NCBI RefSeq assembly: GCF_006345805.1
Contig: NC_043004.1
Location: 12,772,001-12,836,000, forward strand
Source of the DNA: Octopus sinensis
Taxonomy: Eukaryota
Direction: 5' to 3'
DNA: 64,000 nucleotides
The notes under the pieces were generated by a model. It was not told the DNA's origin and did no database searches. It saw nothing but the letters and a program-made list of their open reading frames with translations. Positions 41,204 to 55,028 of the stretch are shown here, in pieces. The position numbers and the translations under genes are program-made. How positions within the stretch are numbered: position 1 is the stretch's first letter; each line of letters opens with the position of its first letter.

Positions 41204-41261
<58 letters not shown>

Positions 41262-41369
41262 ATATCTATCTGTCTGTCTATCTCTATCTATCAGTCAGTC
41301 TAGCTATCTACCTGTCTGTCTCTCTCCTTCTCTCACTCAGTATATATATATATATATATTAGTACCCAG

Positions 41370-41940
41370 CTGTGACAATCTTAATCAGGTATAATGGCAC
41401 CGATCTTTTTGAGCCATGATCATTTTCAAAGACAAAAATACCATATTTTGAAACTCTAAATGGAAATAACTGCTGGACATATATAACATAGGGTGTCCAT
41501 GAGTAACGGTACTTCCAAGAAAATTACTACGGAAGATGAAGAGCTTGAGATTGTGACGGAAGATTTATGACCGGGTTCACTTGCCTTTACAGTAATGTTC
41601 TGCCGTTCTTTTTCTTATGTTGCACAACATTTCCATTATAACAAAATGCTCTCGGATTCAGAGAGTAAACATGTAAGTAAAGATAACGTGTGTGAGATTA
41701 AATCTGTTCTCATAAAAATATATTTGATATATTTCACTTTGTGAACATGCCAAACGGCAGTTAGTTGTACAGAACAAGTTCCTTACTAGTAATGGATACG
41801 TAATGCACAGCTTTCTAGAATCCCAAGCACAACGGGAAAAATCCCTTCTCTCCAGTCCCATCACGAAAATATTATACGACCAATATAGAGTTTATTATGT
41901 AGATGAAATGGTTACAAGATATAAATCTAATAATTGTTTC
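41370..41940 (+). mobile_element. Old dispersed repeat, possibly a Bel/Pao remnant (copy 2)
   Basis: Similar to 33290-33880; VTILIRYNGTDLFEP..IPYF and AQREKSL..LYDQYRVYYVDEMVTRY. Confidence 0.4.
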
Positions 41941-42329
41941 TGGTCCAGGCACAAACCCAGCGACTTTGTATGACGAAGGTGGGGTTATTGATACTGTCGA
42001 CCACCAAAGCTTGATTGGTACAGTATTTTATGAACCCTGAAAAGATTGTAAGCAAAGCTAACCTTTGCGAGATTTGAACTCGGGATGTTAACGTCTATAA
42101 CAAATTTTCTCTGGTATTTTGTCCATCGCTCTAACGATTCTTCCAATTCACTGCCCACTTTCCATAAATTTAATAATGATTGAATTTAAATGTGATATCT
42201 AGATACAACACATTCTTTATACACTCCTGAACCTGGGTTTCATCTCTCCTGGAGGAGGAACTCAGCTCTGGATTTCTTCCACCGTTGTTTGTCTCTGGCC
42301 AGTTGTCTTCATGTGGTCCACATGTAGCG

Positions 42330-42710
42330 GGTTTCGTCGGCTTCTTGATCCTCTCCATTGTCTTGCTGTCCATATCATATTCTTCAGTTGTACGATGTGG
42401 TCAGCCCCTCTATATTTGCTCTCTTTGATTGTTCTAATAGTGTAGGTGACTCTCGTATGCTGCCGAATCTAGGTACTGGTTTTATTGTCCCGCAATGTGC
42501 TGCTGATCACGGTTCATTCCATTTTCGGTTGGGCTACAATGAGGGCATTCATGATGGTAGTAATGATAGCCCATGTTTCACTGTCATAACTACCACTGAC
42601 AAGACGTACTCGTTGAAGATCTTTCTTTCAATTTTCCTGCAAGCTTTGGGACTTCCCATAAGGTTTCCCACATTCCCAAAGGCCGCACTACGAAGAGCTA
42701 TTTGAAGGTG
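42330..42710 (-). mobile_element. RTE-clade LINE fragment
   Basis: AAFGN..KIFNEYVLSV..VAQPKME..LRDNK..IRQHTRV..ADHI. Confidence 0.65.
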
Positions 42711-43760
42711 GTTCTCCATCATGACTGCATCCCAATGACAAACACAAATGAAAGAGTAAATGAATGTACGTGAAGCTTTGAACTTCTCATAAGCTGGAAA
42801 TATTATCGATCTATAGATTAACGAATGTCTGTGATAAAAAATTCTCACAGAAAAGTCACAATGTTGAACACAGTCACTCAAGTATAAGCAAATATGCAAA
42901 CTGCAGAAGTATTACCGCAAAATATAAAATTATTTCATGCCATAATACAATTGACGAAAGAAAATTACAAAAATATCTCCAAATTACTTCAAAGAACATT
43001 TTTACTGACGCTAAATTTCACATAAAAAGTAATTTTGAAAAATTAAGAAATGGCTGGTTTTATATTTATTGATATCATTTCGAAAAACGTGATTAGATAT
43101 AAAACTTGTCTCTTAGAGTGAAGATAGCGCAACAACAAAAAGAAAGGGTGTCTGATAAGATAAAGCTAGAGTGTTTCATGTCCAGGCGAGTATGGAGTTC
43201 TCCAAATCAAGGGCGAAGTTGTATTTATTTCTGTTTTTCGGGACATATCTGCTAGATATTCACGGAACATCTTTGTTTCTCAAAAATCCTGGACGAAGGG
43301 CTGGTTAACCTTCTTGTGTATAGGCCTTGGTAATAATCACAAATTTTCGGGAAAAAAACAAACACAAAAATATTAAAAAGACGAAATGATGATAGTGTTC
43401 CAGCATGGTCACAGATCATAGGCTGAAGTAGGTAAGAGAGTAGATGAATAATAACAAAACAAAAATCCAACCCCGAATTAAAGATGTTCAACTTATATAA
43501 ATGAGGGAGTGAGTCCTCAGGTGGCCGCCGGTATTGCTAAATCCTCTCACACATTACATCCTAATATCTAACGACCTTGAGGTAGGCGAAATGGTTGAAT
43601 CTGTCAGGCATAAGGCAATTTGCTTACATGCATTTCACCTGTCTTTATGTTCTGAGTTCAAATTTTGTCGTGTTCGACTTAGTGTTTCATCCTGTCGGGC
43701 TCAGAAAAAAATAAAAGAATTACTATAGGTGCAGGCGTGGCTGTGTGGTAAGAAGCTTGC

Positions 43761-45120
43761 ATCTGCGCATGCGTTGGATTATTTGCTGTCTGGATTTTGT
43801 AAGAGTCGGACGTAGTTTTTTGTGTTGCTTAGATGTACTCAGACCTTGACGGGTCTGAGTTGTCGTCGTCGGAGCTGGTAAAGTCGGTCATAAAGATGGA
43901 CGGATTGTTGAAGACAAAGAGTTTTGCTGAAGCCACAGAGGTGAAGCGAACGGAAATGGACTTGGCTAACTTGAAGGAGTGAGAAGATAGCTAAGGAGGT
44001 GGGCGGCGATGTGAAGTTGTCTATCCCCAAATGAATTATGGAGAGAACGGAGAAGAAAACGATCACTTGTAAGGTGAATTCGTTGAAAGGAAAATAAGCA
44101 GAAAAGGTGGAGGCAGAAGTGGAAAAGGCGCTGAGGGAACGATCAAAGGAGATAACGTATATAACCAAAGGAAGAAGACATGGGGCAATCGACAGTAGAG
44201 GAGGTGAGGAGGCTGGCGAGTGTGGCCGTGAAAACAGACAAATTAGTGCTTATGCCCACATACCTTGAAAGAAAGACTTCCTAGGTGAGGTTAGAAGCAA
44301 ATCCACCGGATGTAGAAGTGGCTTGGGGAGCGGCAGCTGTCCTTGTTGGAAGCGAGGAGGTGGCTGTCTTCCAAGTCACAGAAATGGACGAAGGAGGGTG
44401 GAAAGGAAGGACACTTGAACTCATTATTCAGAGGGAGGAGGGTCACTGGAGAACTTGGCAGAGACAGTGACGTTGGGGGAAATCGTGCTGATGGTGTGGG
44501 TAGAAGATAGAGTACTACGTTGTTTTAAATGTGGCCAAAAGGGCCACATTAGAGCATATTGCCCACTACAGAGAGCGATGGCTGAGGAAACAGTTGTGGA
44601 GACGGAAGAGAAAAAAGAGGAAGAAAAGACAGACGGAGGAAAGGATGAAAATGAAGAAGAATGGAAAGTTACAGAGAGCACAAGGAGAAAGAGAAAGACA
44701 CCCACCCCATTTTCCCACAAGAAAAAAAAACAGAAAAAGAAAGAACAGACATCACAATATTTAGAAGACCCCCCTCACTGCCCCGGTGAAAAAGATTACG
44801 AATGCATGGCGGAGTGAATGATGTCACTAGGTGATGGAGAGAAGGGGGAAAGGATTGGACTGAAGGAGAAAAAGGATTTAGGGCCCAGAGGCGGCGAGTG
44901 GTGTTACTCAGTGCGAGGTGAGTAGAACACTCTTCATAATAACATTTTCAGATATCATTCATGTTATATTTTAAAATATTTTGATTTGTTGTTCATGTTC
45001 ATTTTCGTGTGCCATTCCTTATATCATATTTTATTTTCATATTTTTAATTGTTATATGTCCCCATTTGTGTTGTTGTGTCCCCCTCTGTGTAATGCCTTT
45101 ATGGCAATTTAAAAGAAACA
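43761..45120 (+). mobile_element. Internally deleted LINE (Tx1/L1-like): decayed ORF1 with CCHC knuckle joined to a 3' tail, inserted in a SINE A head
   Basis: CFKCGQKGHIRAYC in ORF 44455-44817; SINE A head stops at 43760 (AAGCTTGC) and resumes at 45121 (AAGTTGCTTCCC); no ORF2 visible. Confidence 0.65.
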
Positions 45121-45516
45121 AAGTTGCTTCCCAACCACATGGTTCCGGGTTCAGTTTCGTTGCGTGGCAGTTTGAACGTTTGCCACCAAAGCCTTCTACT
45201 GTAGCCTCGGGCCGACCAAAGCCTTGTGAGTGGATTTCGTAGGCGGAAACTGAAAGAAGCCCATCGTATACATACATATGTATATATATATATATATACT
45301 CTTTACTCTGTTACTTGCTTCAGTAATTTGGCTGCGGCCATGCTGGAGCACTGTCATTAGTCGAGCAAATCGACCCCAGGACTTATTCTTTGGAAGCTTA
45401 GTACTTATTCTATCGTTCTCTTTTGCCGAACCGCTAAGTTACGGGACGTAAATACACCACCATCGGTTGTCAGGCGATGTTGGGGGAACAAACAGACACA
45501 AACATACACACACACA

Positions 45517-45554
<38 letters not shown>

Positions 45555-45740
45555 CATATAGCCACCACCATCACTTGACAACCGATGTTGGTGTGTTTAC
45601 ATCCCCGTAACCAGCGGTTTGGCAAAAGAGACCGATAGAATAAGTACTAAGCTTATAAAGAATACGTCCTGGGGTTGAATTGTTCAACTAAAGGCGGTGC
45701 TCTAACATGGCCGCAGTCAAATGATTGAAACAAGTAAAGA
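45121..45740. mobile_element. Cluster of SINE A segments in both orientations
   Basis: Head (+) 45121-45270; inverted 3' part 45300-45500; 3' part (+) 45560-45740. Confidence 0.8.
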
Positions 45741-46529
45741 TACCAGTTGAGAACTGAAATCGATGAAATCGATACCCTTTCCCCCGATATTACTGGCCTT
45801 GTGTCAAAATTTGAAACCAATATTCAGAGAACCTTTCTGGATAATGTTGATCTAATTACAAAAATACGAAAGAAAGCAAAAGATATTGCTGAGATTTTTT
45901 CTGAATGTAAGAGTCCCCGATCAATCAAGTTTGAGCTGCGATAAGAGAGAACAAATAAAAAAAAAAAATTAAAATACACATGAATAAATAAAAGCAAAAA
46001 AGAAACGAAAACTAGATGGCTTCTTGATACAAACAACAACTCTTCTGTTTTAACTTGAAACGGAAAAGAGTGCGACAGCATGAGTCGTTATACCAGGGAC
46101 AAATAAGAGTTTATAATTGCGACATTCTCACGTACGATCCGTGACGTCTATGACTTAAACCACCAGTTAGTTAAATAACAGCAGCCAAAATAAACATCGT
46201 TTATACAGTGAGAGCCCAAAAAAATGTAAATGACAAACAAATTGGACATGAATTTTTGCAACTCATGATAATTAATTATAGTTTGAAATGTATGTTCAAC
46301 GGTTTCGTTTTGTGCAATCTTAAAAGTACTCACAGAACAAAAATCTCCGAACTACATGAAAATATTTGAAGATAATCCGGATGATGATAATGCAACACAC
46401 ACACACACAGACACACACACACGCACATGGATGTATGAATGTATGTATATTTTACAAACATATATGGGCGTACATTATTTACATTATCTACATTATTTAC
46501 ATTTGACGGAAATTTGTCCTCATCTTGTT

Positions 46530-46558
46530 AACACAATGTTTCGGCTTCATCAGGTGTC
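46530..46558 (-). ncRNA. Hammerhead remnant with deleted stem II
   Basis: GACAC-CTGATGA-AGCC-GAAA-CA-TT-GTGTT; flanks match the 22733-22952 family. Confidence 0.5.
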
Positions 46559-46691
46559 TTGAGGAATTTTCGAACCTGGGTTCTCATTTGTAAGGTATTT
46601 TTCAATGTTATTATATGCCCGTGACTAAGAGCGCGGGCTACTAACCCCAAGATTCAGAGTTCGATTCTAGGCAGTGACCGGAATAATAATG

Positions 46692-46783
<92 letters not shown>

Positions 46784-47587
46784 GATTTAAAAGTTATGAC
46801 GCCGTAAACACATCAAAGACGTTTGTCAAGCGAACAAACACAAAGGTACACACACATAGATAAACACATACACACACATATGTATACGATGGGCTACTAT
46901 CAGTTTCCATCTATCAAGTCCATTGACAAGGCTTTGGTAGTGCCGAAGGTGCCACGCAGTAGGACTGAACCTGGAAACATGTTATTGGGAGTCAAGCTTC
47001 TTACCACATATTTTGTCGCAATGTTCAACACAAAAGCCAGTGAGGTATTGAGATTTAATCCGCCTCAAAGCTGTGATGAAAAAATCTTTAAGAAACTGAA
47101 CAAGATGGTGCATGCATTTGCAAGAAAAAAGGTTTTATGTTAAAATGTATCGAGTCACCAACCACTGAAGATATTGTAATAACAGCAAATCATGACTGGA
47201 CTTGTCTTCCATAATTATCAGAAAATTAAGAAAATAATTACAAATCCTGCACAAATGTCAATTATTTTCATCGAATATTTATTTCAAGCTGACGTTTTAA
47301 TCATATATCTATTAAATAAACTGACACTAACTTACTGCATTATCGATTATTCAATGTATGTATGTATGTATGTATGTATGTATGTATGTATGTATGTATG
47401 TATGTATGTATGTATGTATGTATGTATGCATGTATGTATGAGTGTGTCTGTATGTATATATATATGTATATATATACGCATAAATATATAAACATATACA
47501 CATATGTAAACGTATAATTATACATGCCTACATATATGTATACACACACACATACACACACTACACACACACACACATACACACACT

Positions 47588-47666
<79 letters not shown>

Positions 47667-47763
47667 GCGGGAAAGTTTACGAAAATAAACAAAAGACGAA
47701 GGCAGGTGGAGTACAAACAAACAAATGTATTAGTATAGCGCTCAGGAATAGAAATAGAAAAAG

Positions 47764-47801
47764 TCTTTTAAGTTTCGAGCCAACGCTCTTCGACACAAAG
47801 A
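47764..47801 (-). ncRNA. Degenerate minimal hammerhead in a ~200-bp unit between (TA)n tracts
   Basis: TCTTT-GTGTCGA-A GAGC GTTG GCTC-GAAA-CT-TA-AAAGA; stems I and II are good, core altered. Confidence 0.5.
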
Positions 47802-47872
47802 TACACAGAAAAAAACACGGAGAGAAACAAGGAGAGAAAAAATGCGTGTAGGAGCTAAGGATCTATCATGGC

Positions 47873-47911
<39 letters not shown>

Positions 47912-48251
47912 TATATATACATGTATTATATAGATATACATATACCAGTTTATGTTTGTGTATGTGTGTATAAGTTTATACGTCTATGTATATATGTGCA
48001 CATATGAGTCAATGCATGTGCGTGTATAAATATATGCGGGTGTATGTATGTATGTATGTATGTATATATACATGTATATGTTCACGTCTGGTCTTTTGCA
48101 TATATAAATTTATGCACACAAGCTCTAGTAGAAGACACTTGCCCAAGATGCCTCGTAGTGGGACTGAACCCGGAACCATCATGTGGTTGGAAAGCAAGCT
48201 ACTTACCACACAGCTACTCCTGCTCTCACATATATATATATGTATATATAA

Positions 48252-48546
48252 ATTTTTTTCAGAATGAGATGAAAAAAAAACAAGGATGTGAAGATTTTAG
48301 AACAATTATAAATAGAAAGTCCCATTGCTGTTTCCAGAATATTTATTATATCCCTTCATCGGAAACGGTGTGAAAGAATGGTTAAGCAATAGTTAATTTA
48401 GATAAGATTAACTATTGCTTAACCATTCTCTCATACAGTCTCCGATGAAGAGATAAAATAAATATCCTGGAAACAGCTGTAAGACCTATTTATAAATGTT
48501 CTAAAATCTTCACAGCCTTTTTTTTTTTGCTCATTCTGAAAAAAAT
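48252..48546. repeat. Fold-back palindrome (~140-bp diverged arms, 9-nt spacer)
   Basis: Centre AATGGTTAAGCAATAGTTAAT-TTAGATAAG-ATTAACTATTGCTTAACCATT; outer ends TTTTTCAGAATGAG / CTCATTCTGAAAAA. Confidence 0.9.
48438..48485 (+). ncRNA. Hammerhead with U4C core (CCGAUGA)
   Basis: GTCT-CCGATGA-AGAGATA..TATCCTG-GAAA-CAGCTG-TA-AGAC; the opposite arm also has CCGATGA. Confidence 0.7.
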
Positions 48547-48755
48547 ATACATACACATGCTGACATATGACCTACGTTGGACTCCTTATTCGCATAATCA
48601 CCGAACCTGGAACTTAACTATGGTCTATCCTTAGCATTTATTCATTACCTCACACCTTTGGTTCTTATAGACACAATTTCCTCTCATAACCCTCCCTCTC
48701 AATCTCTCTCTCTCTCTATATATATATATGTGTATATATATATATATACATTTAA

Positions 48756-48815
<60 letters not shown>

Positions 48816-49044
48816 CAATACACATAAAGGGTGAAATATAATTAATTTAATAAAATTAATAAATTTCACCTAGTAGCTTTTTCGGTATGGAAATGACCAT
48901 ATTTGGTAAGAATTATATTAATTATAATAAAGGGTTTTTTGCAACTTGTATGTATGTATGTATGTATGTAGTATGTATGTATGTATGTATGTATGTATGT
49001 ATGTGTGTGTGTGTGTGTGTATATGTATATATATATATATATAT

Positions 49045-49076
<32 letters not shown>

Positions 49077-49189
49077 ATATATATATCCTGGGTCAGCAGG
49101 TATCGAATTTATTTTTGTTTCCTTTTTACTGAATTAGTATTCAATTTAGAAGACACTGTGTTTCTTTTTTATTCCATTCAGATATTCTG

Positions 49190-49310
49190 CTATTCATCTT
49201 TCCTCCCCAATCGCGTACAAAACATTACAGCAGATGCGATAGTCGAAGTGCTTGGGTTCATAATAGAAAACAATGTTATACAGATATTATTGGTGCAAAG
49301 AAATTGCTGC
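49190..49310 (+). mobile_element. Small PLE RT fragment
   Basis: LPNRVQNITADAIVEVLGFIIENN resembles FPHRVKNEFVIEGLKFILENN of the 26477-27262 ORF. Confidence 0.45.
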
Positions 49311-49530
49311 GTGGTATTTAATATTTAATAAACCGTTTTATATCATCCGATAACTGCGAGAAATGTTTTGTTTATCATAAAGAAAAAAAAATTGATTTCA
49401 GAACAAAAATAAATGAATAAATAAATAATAAACAAACAAATGAATGAAAAACTGTTGGTTAAATGGTTAAAATATAATTTTCCACGGAGATTCTTAATAT
49501 TTAGATATGAGAATTTTTACAATATATATG

Positions 49531-49634
<104 letters not shown>

Positions 49635-49933
49635 CTGAAGACGAATGTTTTGTGGTTTCTAAGTTATTTTATCTTTAATAATAAAACGAAGAATATCTTT
49701 TTATTACTTTTATATATTTCTGGTGTAGGTAGACTTAATAAATAACACTATCAAGACCCCGTATTGAGTACACTTTCGTTCATTTGTTTCCAACATCGTT
49801 TGTATGCACGTTCTGATACTATACTTTTGAATCTGTGTTATTACTACGTATTTTCGAATTTATATCCGTTACATATATTTTAAGGTATTCATACCCACAC
49901 ACTCACACAAATATATAGACTTCGATTATACAC

Positions 49934-49978
<45 letters not shown>

Positions 49979-50009
49979 CATAGGTTAGGTACAGTATATC
50001 TTCGCTTAC

Positions 50010-50485
50010 TCTTTTACTCTTTTACTTGTTTCAGTCATTTGACTGTGGCCATGCTGGAGCACCGCCTTTAGCCGAGGAAATCGGCCCCAGCACTTATTCT
50101 TTGTAAGCCTAGTAGTATTCTATCGGTATCTTTTGCCGAACCACTAAGTTACGGTGACGTAAATACACCAGCATCGGTTGTCAAGTGATGTTGGGGAGGA
50201 CAAACACAGATACATAAACATATACATACATACATACATATGTATATATATATATTACATTACAGATATAGGGTGAAAGATAATTAACCGTAAATTTTAT
50301 AAATAGCAGCCTAGGACTACTATTTCCTTTTTCTACAAAAATATATCTCCATAGATAACAATATTGTTGTCTGTGGAGACATATTTTTGTAGAAAAAGGA
50401 AATAGTAGTCCTTTGGCTGCTATTTCTAAAATTTTCGGTATGTGGTCAAGCAACTTGTTACAAAACCCTTATTGTTATAATTATA

Positions 50486-50526
<41 letters not shown>

Positions 50527-50680
50527 GGCGGGCTTCTTTCAGTTTCCGTCTACCAAATCCACTCGCAAGGCTTTGGTCGGTCCGAGGCTATAGTAGAAGA
50601 CACTTGCCCAAGGTGCCACGCAGTGGAACTGAACCCGGAGCCATGTGGTTAGTAGGCAAGCTACAACACCCCGCGCCTGA
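50010..50680 (-). mobile_element. SINE family A split by insertions in its internal microsatellite
   Basis: 3' part at 50010-50210, head at 50525-50680. Confidence 0.8.
50287..50439. repeat. Spacerless palindrome (~76-bp arms)
   Basis: Centre AACAAT|ATTGTT near 50362; arms AAATAGCAGCC..GGACTACTATTTCCTTTTTCTACAAAAATAT. Confidence 0.9.
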
Positions 50681-51411
50681 GATTGCCAGTTATAACTTGA
50701 GATTTATATCATGCTAAACGTCTGTCTTTGTTCGGTCTGATTATTACGTTATCCATCAGACTACCGAAAAATTTCGCAAGAAATCTCCATAATCACTTTA
50801 AAGAAGTAGATTTCTCAAATCCAAGCTGTAAATTACCCTGTCGTTTTTTTCGTATCTTGAACTTACATCACATAAAAGAAACAAATGTAAAACTACAAAT
50901 ATATTCAGAAACTCCTGAATCTTTCCTATAATGTATCTGGACATTTAGAGAAAATGTTTCATTGCTATTTATAATTCAATTTCTCATGAACACAATGTCA
51001 AGAATGCATCCAACTTTTAAAATTTAAGCATGTGAAGACTAGCTGTTTAGCAGATAGGGGTGTTACACTCATGATCGCAAGATTGCGATTTCTAATCCCG
51101 GATCGAACGTGCGTTTTGTTCATGAGCAAAATACTTACTTCACACTACTCAATCCACTCAGCTGTAAATGAGCAGCCTAGTGACGGAACTTTTGTTCAGG
51201 AGAATGTTCTGATTTCGTCGCTTATACGATGTGGAAAGCAATTATACACTCTCATGGCTCCTCGGATTCGAGGCAATTTTGTCCAGAAGATTTATTTTTC
51301 CTTGCTTTTGTTTTGCACAAAAAAAAGCATCAATTATAAATTTAAAAGAATAATTTTGATGTACAGATACAATCGTTTCTAAATATTACCTTCGTATCTT
51401 TCTACACTAGT

Positions 51412-51713
51412 GGAGGCACATGGCCTAGTTGTTAGAGCAGCGGACTCACGGTCGAAGGATCGCGGGTTCGAATCTCAGACCGAGCGATGTGTGTGTTTAT
51501 GAGCGAAATACCTAAGCTTCACGCGGCTGCGGCAGAAGGTAATGGCGAACTTCTGCTGACACTTTCGCCACAACTGTCTCTCACTCTTTCCTCCTGTATC
51601 ATGCAGCTCACCTGCGACGGACCGGCGTCCCGTCCAGGTGGGGAACCTATACGCCAAGGAAACCAGAAAACCGGCCCTTATGAGCCAGGCGTGGATCGAG
51701 AAGGAACAAACAA
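51412..51713 (+). mobile_element. tRNA-derived SINE, full-length, TSD-like flanks
   Basis: A-box TGGCCTAGTTGTTAG, B-box GGTTCGAATC; flanks TTCTACACT(A)GTGG at ~51400 and 51717. Confidence 0.8.
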
Positions 51714-51889
51714 TTCTTCTACACTGTGGCACTAAATGGTTTCAAATTTTGGCACAGACCAGTGCTTTCGGAGGAGGGAGTACATGGAGTAATGATAGTC
51801 ATCCTGTTATTATTTGCTAGAATACTACTTTTTGGAACTCGTTTGTAAACAAGATTTTCTCCCATCATATGCACACACCTTCAGGTAAC

Positions 51890-52570
51890 AATTATTTCAT
51901 CGACCCCAGAAGAAGGTGAGACAACATCGACTTCGGCGGAATTTGAACTCAGAATATAAATACCGACGAAATAACGGTAAACATTTTTGCCCGGCATGCA
52001 AACGATTCTGCCAGTTCGCCGACTTAGGGCACTAAAATGATACTTTCTACTAAAGGCACAAGGTCTGAAGTTTTTGGGGAAGGAACTAGTCGATAACATC
52101 GACCCCACTGTTTTCCTGGTACTTAATTTATCGATCCCGAAAAGTTGAAAGGTAAAGATGACCACAGTCGAAAGGTAAAATCGGAAGGTAAACTTGAACT
52201 CAGAACGTAAAGATGAAAGTGCTCCAGTGTAGAAGAATTTACCCGAGGTGCTAGCGATTCTGCCAGCTCACAGCCTTTGAATGTACTTCAATAATGAAAA
52301 AAATTATAAAGTATGAGACAGAGCCTAACCAAATTTATCGCAATATAATTTCATTTACTTTTCTATTCTAGGAACAAGGCCCGAAATATTTGAGAAGGGG
52401 GCCAGTCAATTAGATCGATCCCAGTACGCAACTGGTTCTTAATTTATCGAATCCGAAAAGGATGAATGGCAAAACCGACCTCTGCGGAATTCGAACTGAG
52501 GACGTAAAGACGAAATGCCTCTTAGCATTTTGCCTGGGGCGCTAACGATTCTGCCAGCGCGCCGCCTTTG
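51890..52570 (-). mobile_element. Three SINE family B copies
   Basis: Repeated GAATTTGAACTCAGAA..CGATTCTGCCAG motifs. Confidence 0.8.
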
Positions 52571-53603
52571 AGGATACTAAAATGATGAAAAAAATTGTAA
52601 ATTTTTTAGACAGAATCTCATGAAATTTATCGCAATATATTTTTATTTACAAGAAATAATTCGTATACAATTAATTACTTATATTTTTCTAATTTAAACC
52701 CTTTTCTTTTCATATTTTTTTCTGACACCCAAAATAGTTATTTTGTTCTTCTAATGAAATGTCATAGTTTTTAAATTCAAGTTATCTTTGTACATTAATG
52801 TGTAACTTCTTAAATTGCAATGACAGCAAAGTCTATTCAACATCATTTATAAATTTAGCAATTTAATTTAATGTATTTAAATATTTTCTTTTGGTACCGA
52901 CAGCAAATTCTTATATAAAAAGCGCGTATTGTATTTAAGGAAAAAATATTTTTGTATCTTAATCAAAACACTAAGCCGTTGGGTCTTATAAATAATTAAC
53001 TTAAAAAACGGTATACTCCGTTGTTCTTTTAGTAAATATTTATCGTAAATACTAGAGATAAAAATTTCTTAAAATAACAGAACGGTTTTACAATAAATAG
53101 TTTTAAAATCTAATCAATCATTAGAGCAATGATAATTATCGTAACGAAAAGAAACTTAAAGTTACTGACAATAATTAATAATAGTCATCGAAAATATCCT
53201 ATTGTTATTTGCTAGAGTAATATTTTTTTGAACTCGAATGTATACAAGATTCGCTTCCATTATATACACGTCTTCACACTAGTTTCCACGCTTATATAAA
53301 CCATTCTACTTAAAAAGATATTTGATATATTAATATTTTGGTTTTATACACAAACACACATACACACACACACACACACATTCGCACACAAACACACACA
53401 CACATACACACATATATATGCAGGCATGGAGAGGTGCAGGAGTAACGAAGCGCAGGTGTGGTGATGTTGTAAGAAGTGTGCTTCCGAACCATACGGTTCT
53501 GAGTTCAATTCCACTGCGTGGCACCTTGGGCAACTGTCTTCAGTATAACCTCGGGCAGACCAAAGCCTTGTGAGTGGATTTGGTAGATAGAAATTGTAGG
53601 AAG

Positions 53604-54013
53604 TGAGCTGGCGGAAACGTTAGCACGCCGGGCGACATGCTTATCGGTATTTCGCCTGCCATTACATTGTGAGTTCAAATTCCGCCGAGGTCGACTTTAC
53701 CTTTCATCCTTTCGGCGTCGATAAATTAACTACCAGTTACGCACTGGGGTCGATGTAATCGACTTAATACCTATGTCTGTCCTTGTTTGTCCCCTCTATG
53801 TTTAGCCCCTTGTGGGTAATAAAGAAATAGGTATTTCGACTGCCGCAACGTTCTGAGTTCAAATTCCGCCGAGGTCGACTTTGCCTTTCATCCTTTCGGG
53901 ATCGATTAAATAAATACCAGTTACGCACTGGGGTCGATATAATCGACTTAATCCCTTTGTCTGTCCTTGTGTGACCCCTCTCTGTGTAGCCCCTTGTGGG
54001 CAGTAAAGAAATA
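53604..54013 (+). mobile_element. SINE B dimer (tail-1 + tail-1) inserted in SINE A (53450-54035)
   Basis: TSD AGAAATTGTAGGAAG / AGAAACTCTAGGAAG at 53589-53603 and 54014-54028 (two mismatches). Confidence 0.85.
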
Positions 54014-54447
54014 AGAAACTCTAGGAAGCCTGTCGTGTATATATACATACATATACATATATGCATGAGTGCATACATATATGTGTGTGTATATATATAT
54101 ATATATGTGTGTGTATATATATGTATATATATATATATATATACATTTGTATATGTATACACACACATAGGTGTGTGCGTGTGATTATATCTGTGTCCGT
54201 GTTAGTTCCTCAGCACTGTTTGACAATCTCTTAGGTTTAGGGTGTTGCACTCAGGATTGCGAGATCGCGAGTTCGATTCCCAGACCGGGCGTTGCAATCA
54301 TTTCATAAGGTGGCATGTGGCACACGGTGCACCTGAACAGGTAATGTCGATTTGATGGAGAGAGTGAGCTTATGTGAATACAAACATCCGATCACTATAA
54401 ACAAATCATCTGTGTGGTCGTCTAACGGCAAGAGAATCCGTGATATA

Positions 54448-54677
54448 CAGTAATCCCTCGACTATCGCGGATGTTACGTTCCACAACACCCTGCGATAGG
54501 TGAAAATCTGCGAAATAGAAACAGGACTGTACTGTATATTTTTAAAATTATTTTTATGATTTGTATATAGTTATTTGATTATAAATTGAAAACAATACCA
54601 CGGAGGCATCGACGTAAGCTTAAATAATATAATAATAAACCGTGATAGGTGAACCGCGATATAGCGAGGGATTATTG
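54448..54677. mobile_element. pogo/Tigger-like MITE
   Basis: TA|CAGTAATCCCTCGACTATCGCGG ... CCGCGATATAGCGAGGGATTATTG|TA. Confidence 0.85.
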
Positions 54678-54997
54678 TATGTACATATGTGAGTGTGTGT
54701 GTGTGTGTTCGTGTATGTATGTATATCACTTACTGTATCGACAATCTGATGTTGTTATCGCTGGCTAGGCGAGCAGGTGGACATTCTACTTCAACAGACC
54801 ACATTCTGTTGCATTGTGATCTATTTACAGCTGAGTCGACCGAGACAACATGAAATGAAGTGTTTTGTTCAAAAACAGCGCGCAGCACCGGCCTGGGAAT
54901 CGAAACCGTGGTCATGCAATCATGAGCACAACACTCTAACGATTACACCACGTGCCTTCATACTTATACACACACACTTTGTCCCCCTCTCTCTCTG

Positions 54998-55028
<31 letters not shown>

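Noticed and set aside
46618-46680. tRNA-like sequence
   Set aside because: Truncated, no acceptor stem and followed by an (AAT)n tail; a SINE-like remnant. Other A/B-box hits are SINE heads, not tRNA genes
50365-50420. CTGTGGA..GAAA-AAGGA/TCCTT hammerhead-like string in the palindrome
   Set aside because: Altered core and no convincing stem I; kept only as a palindrome
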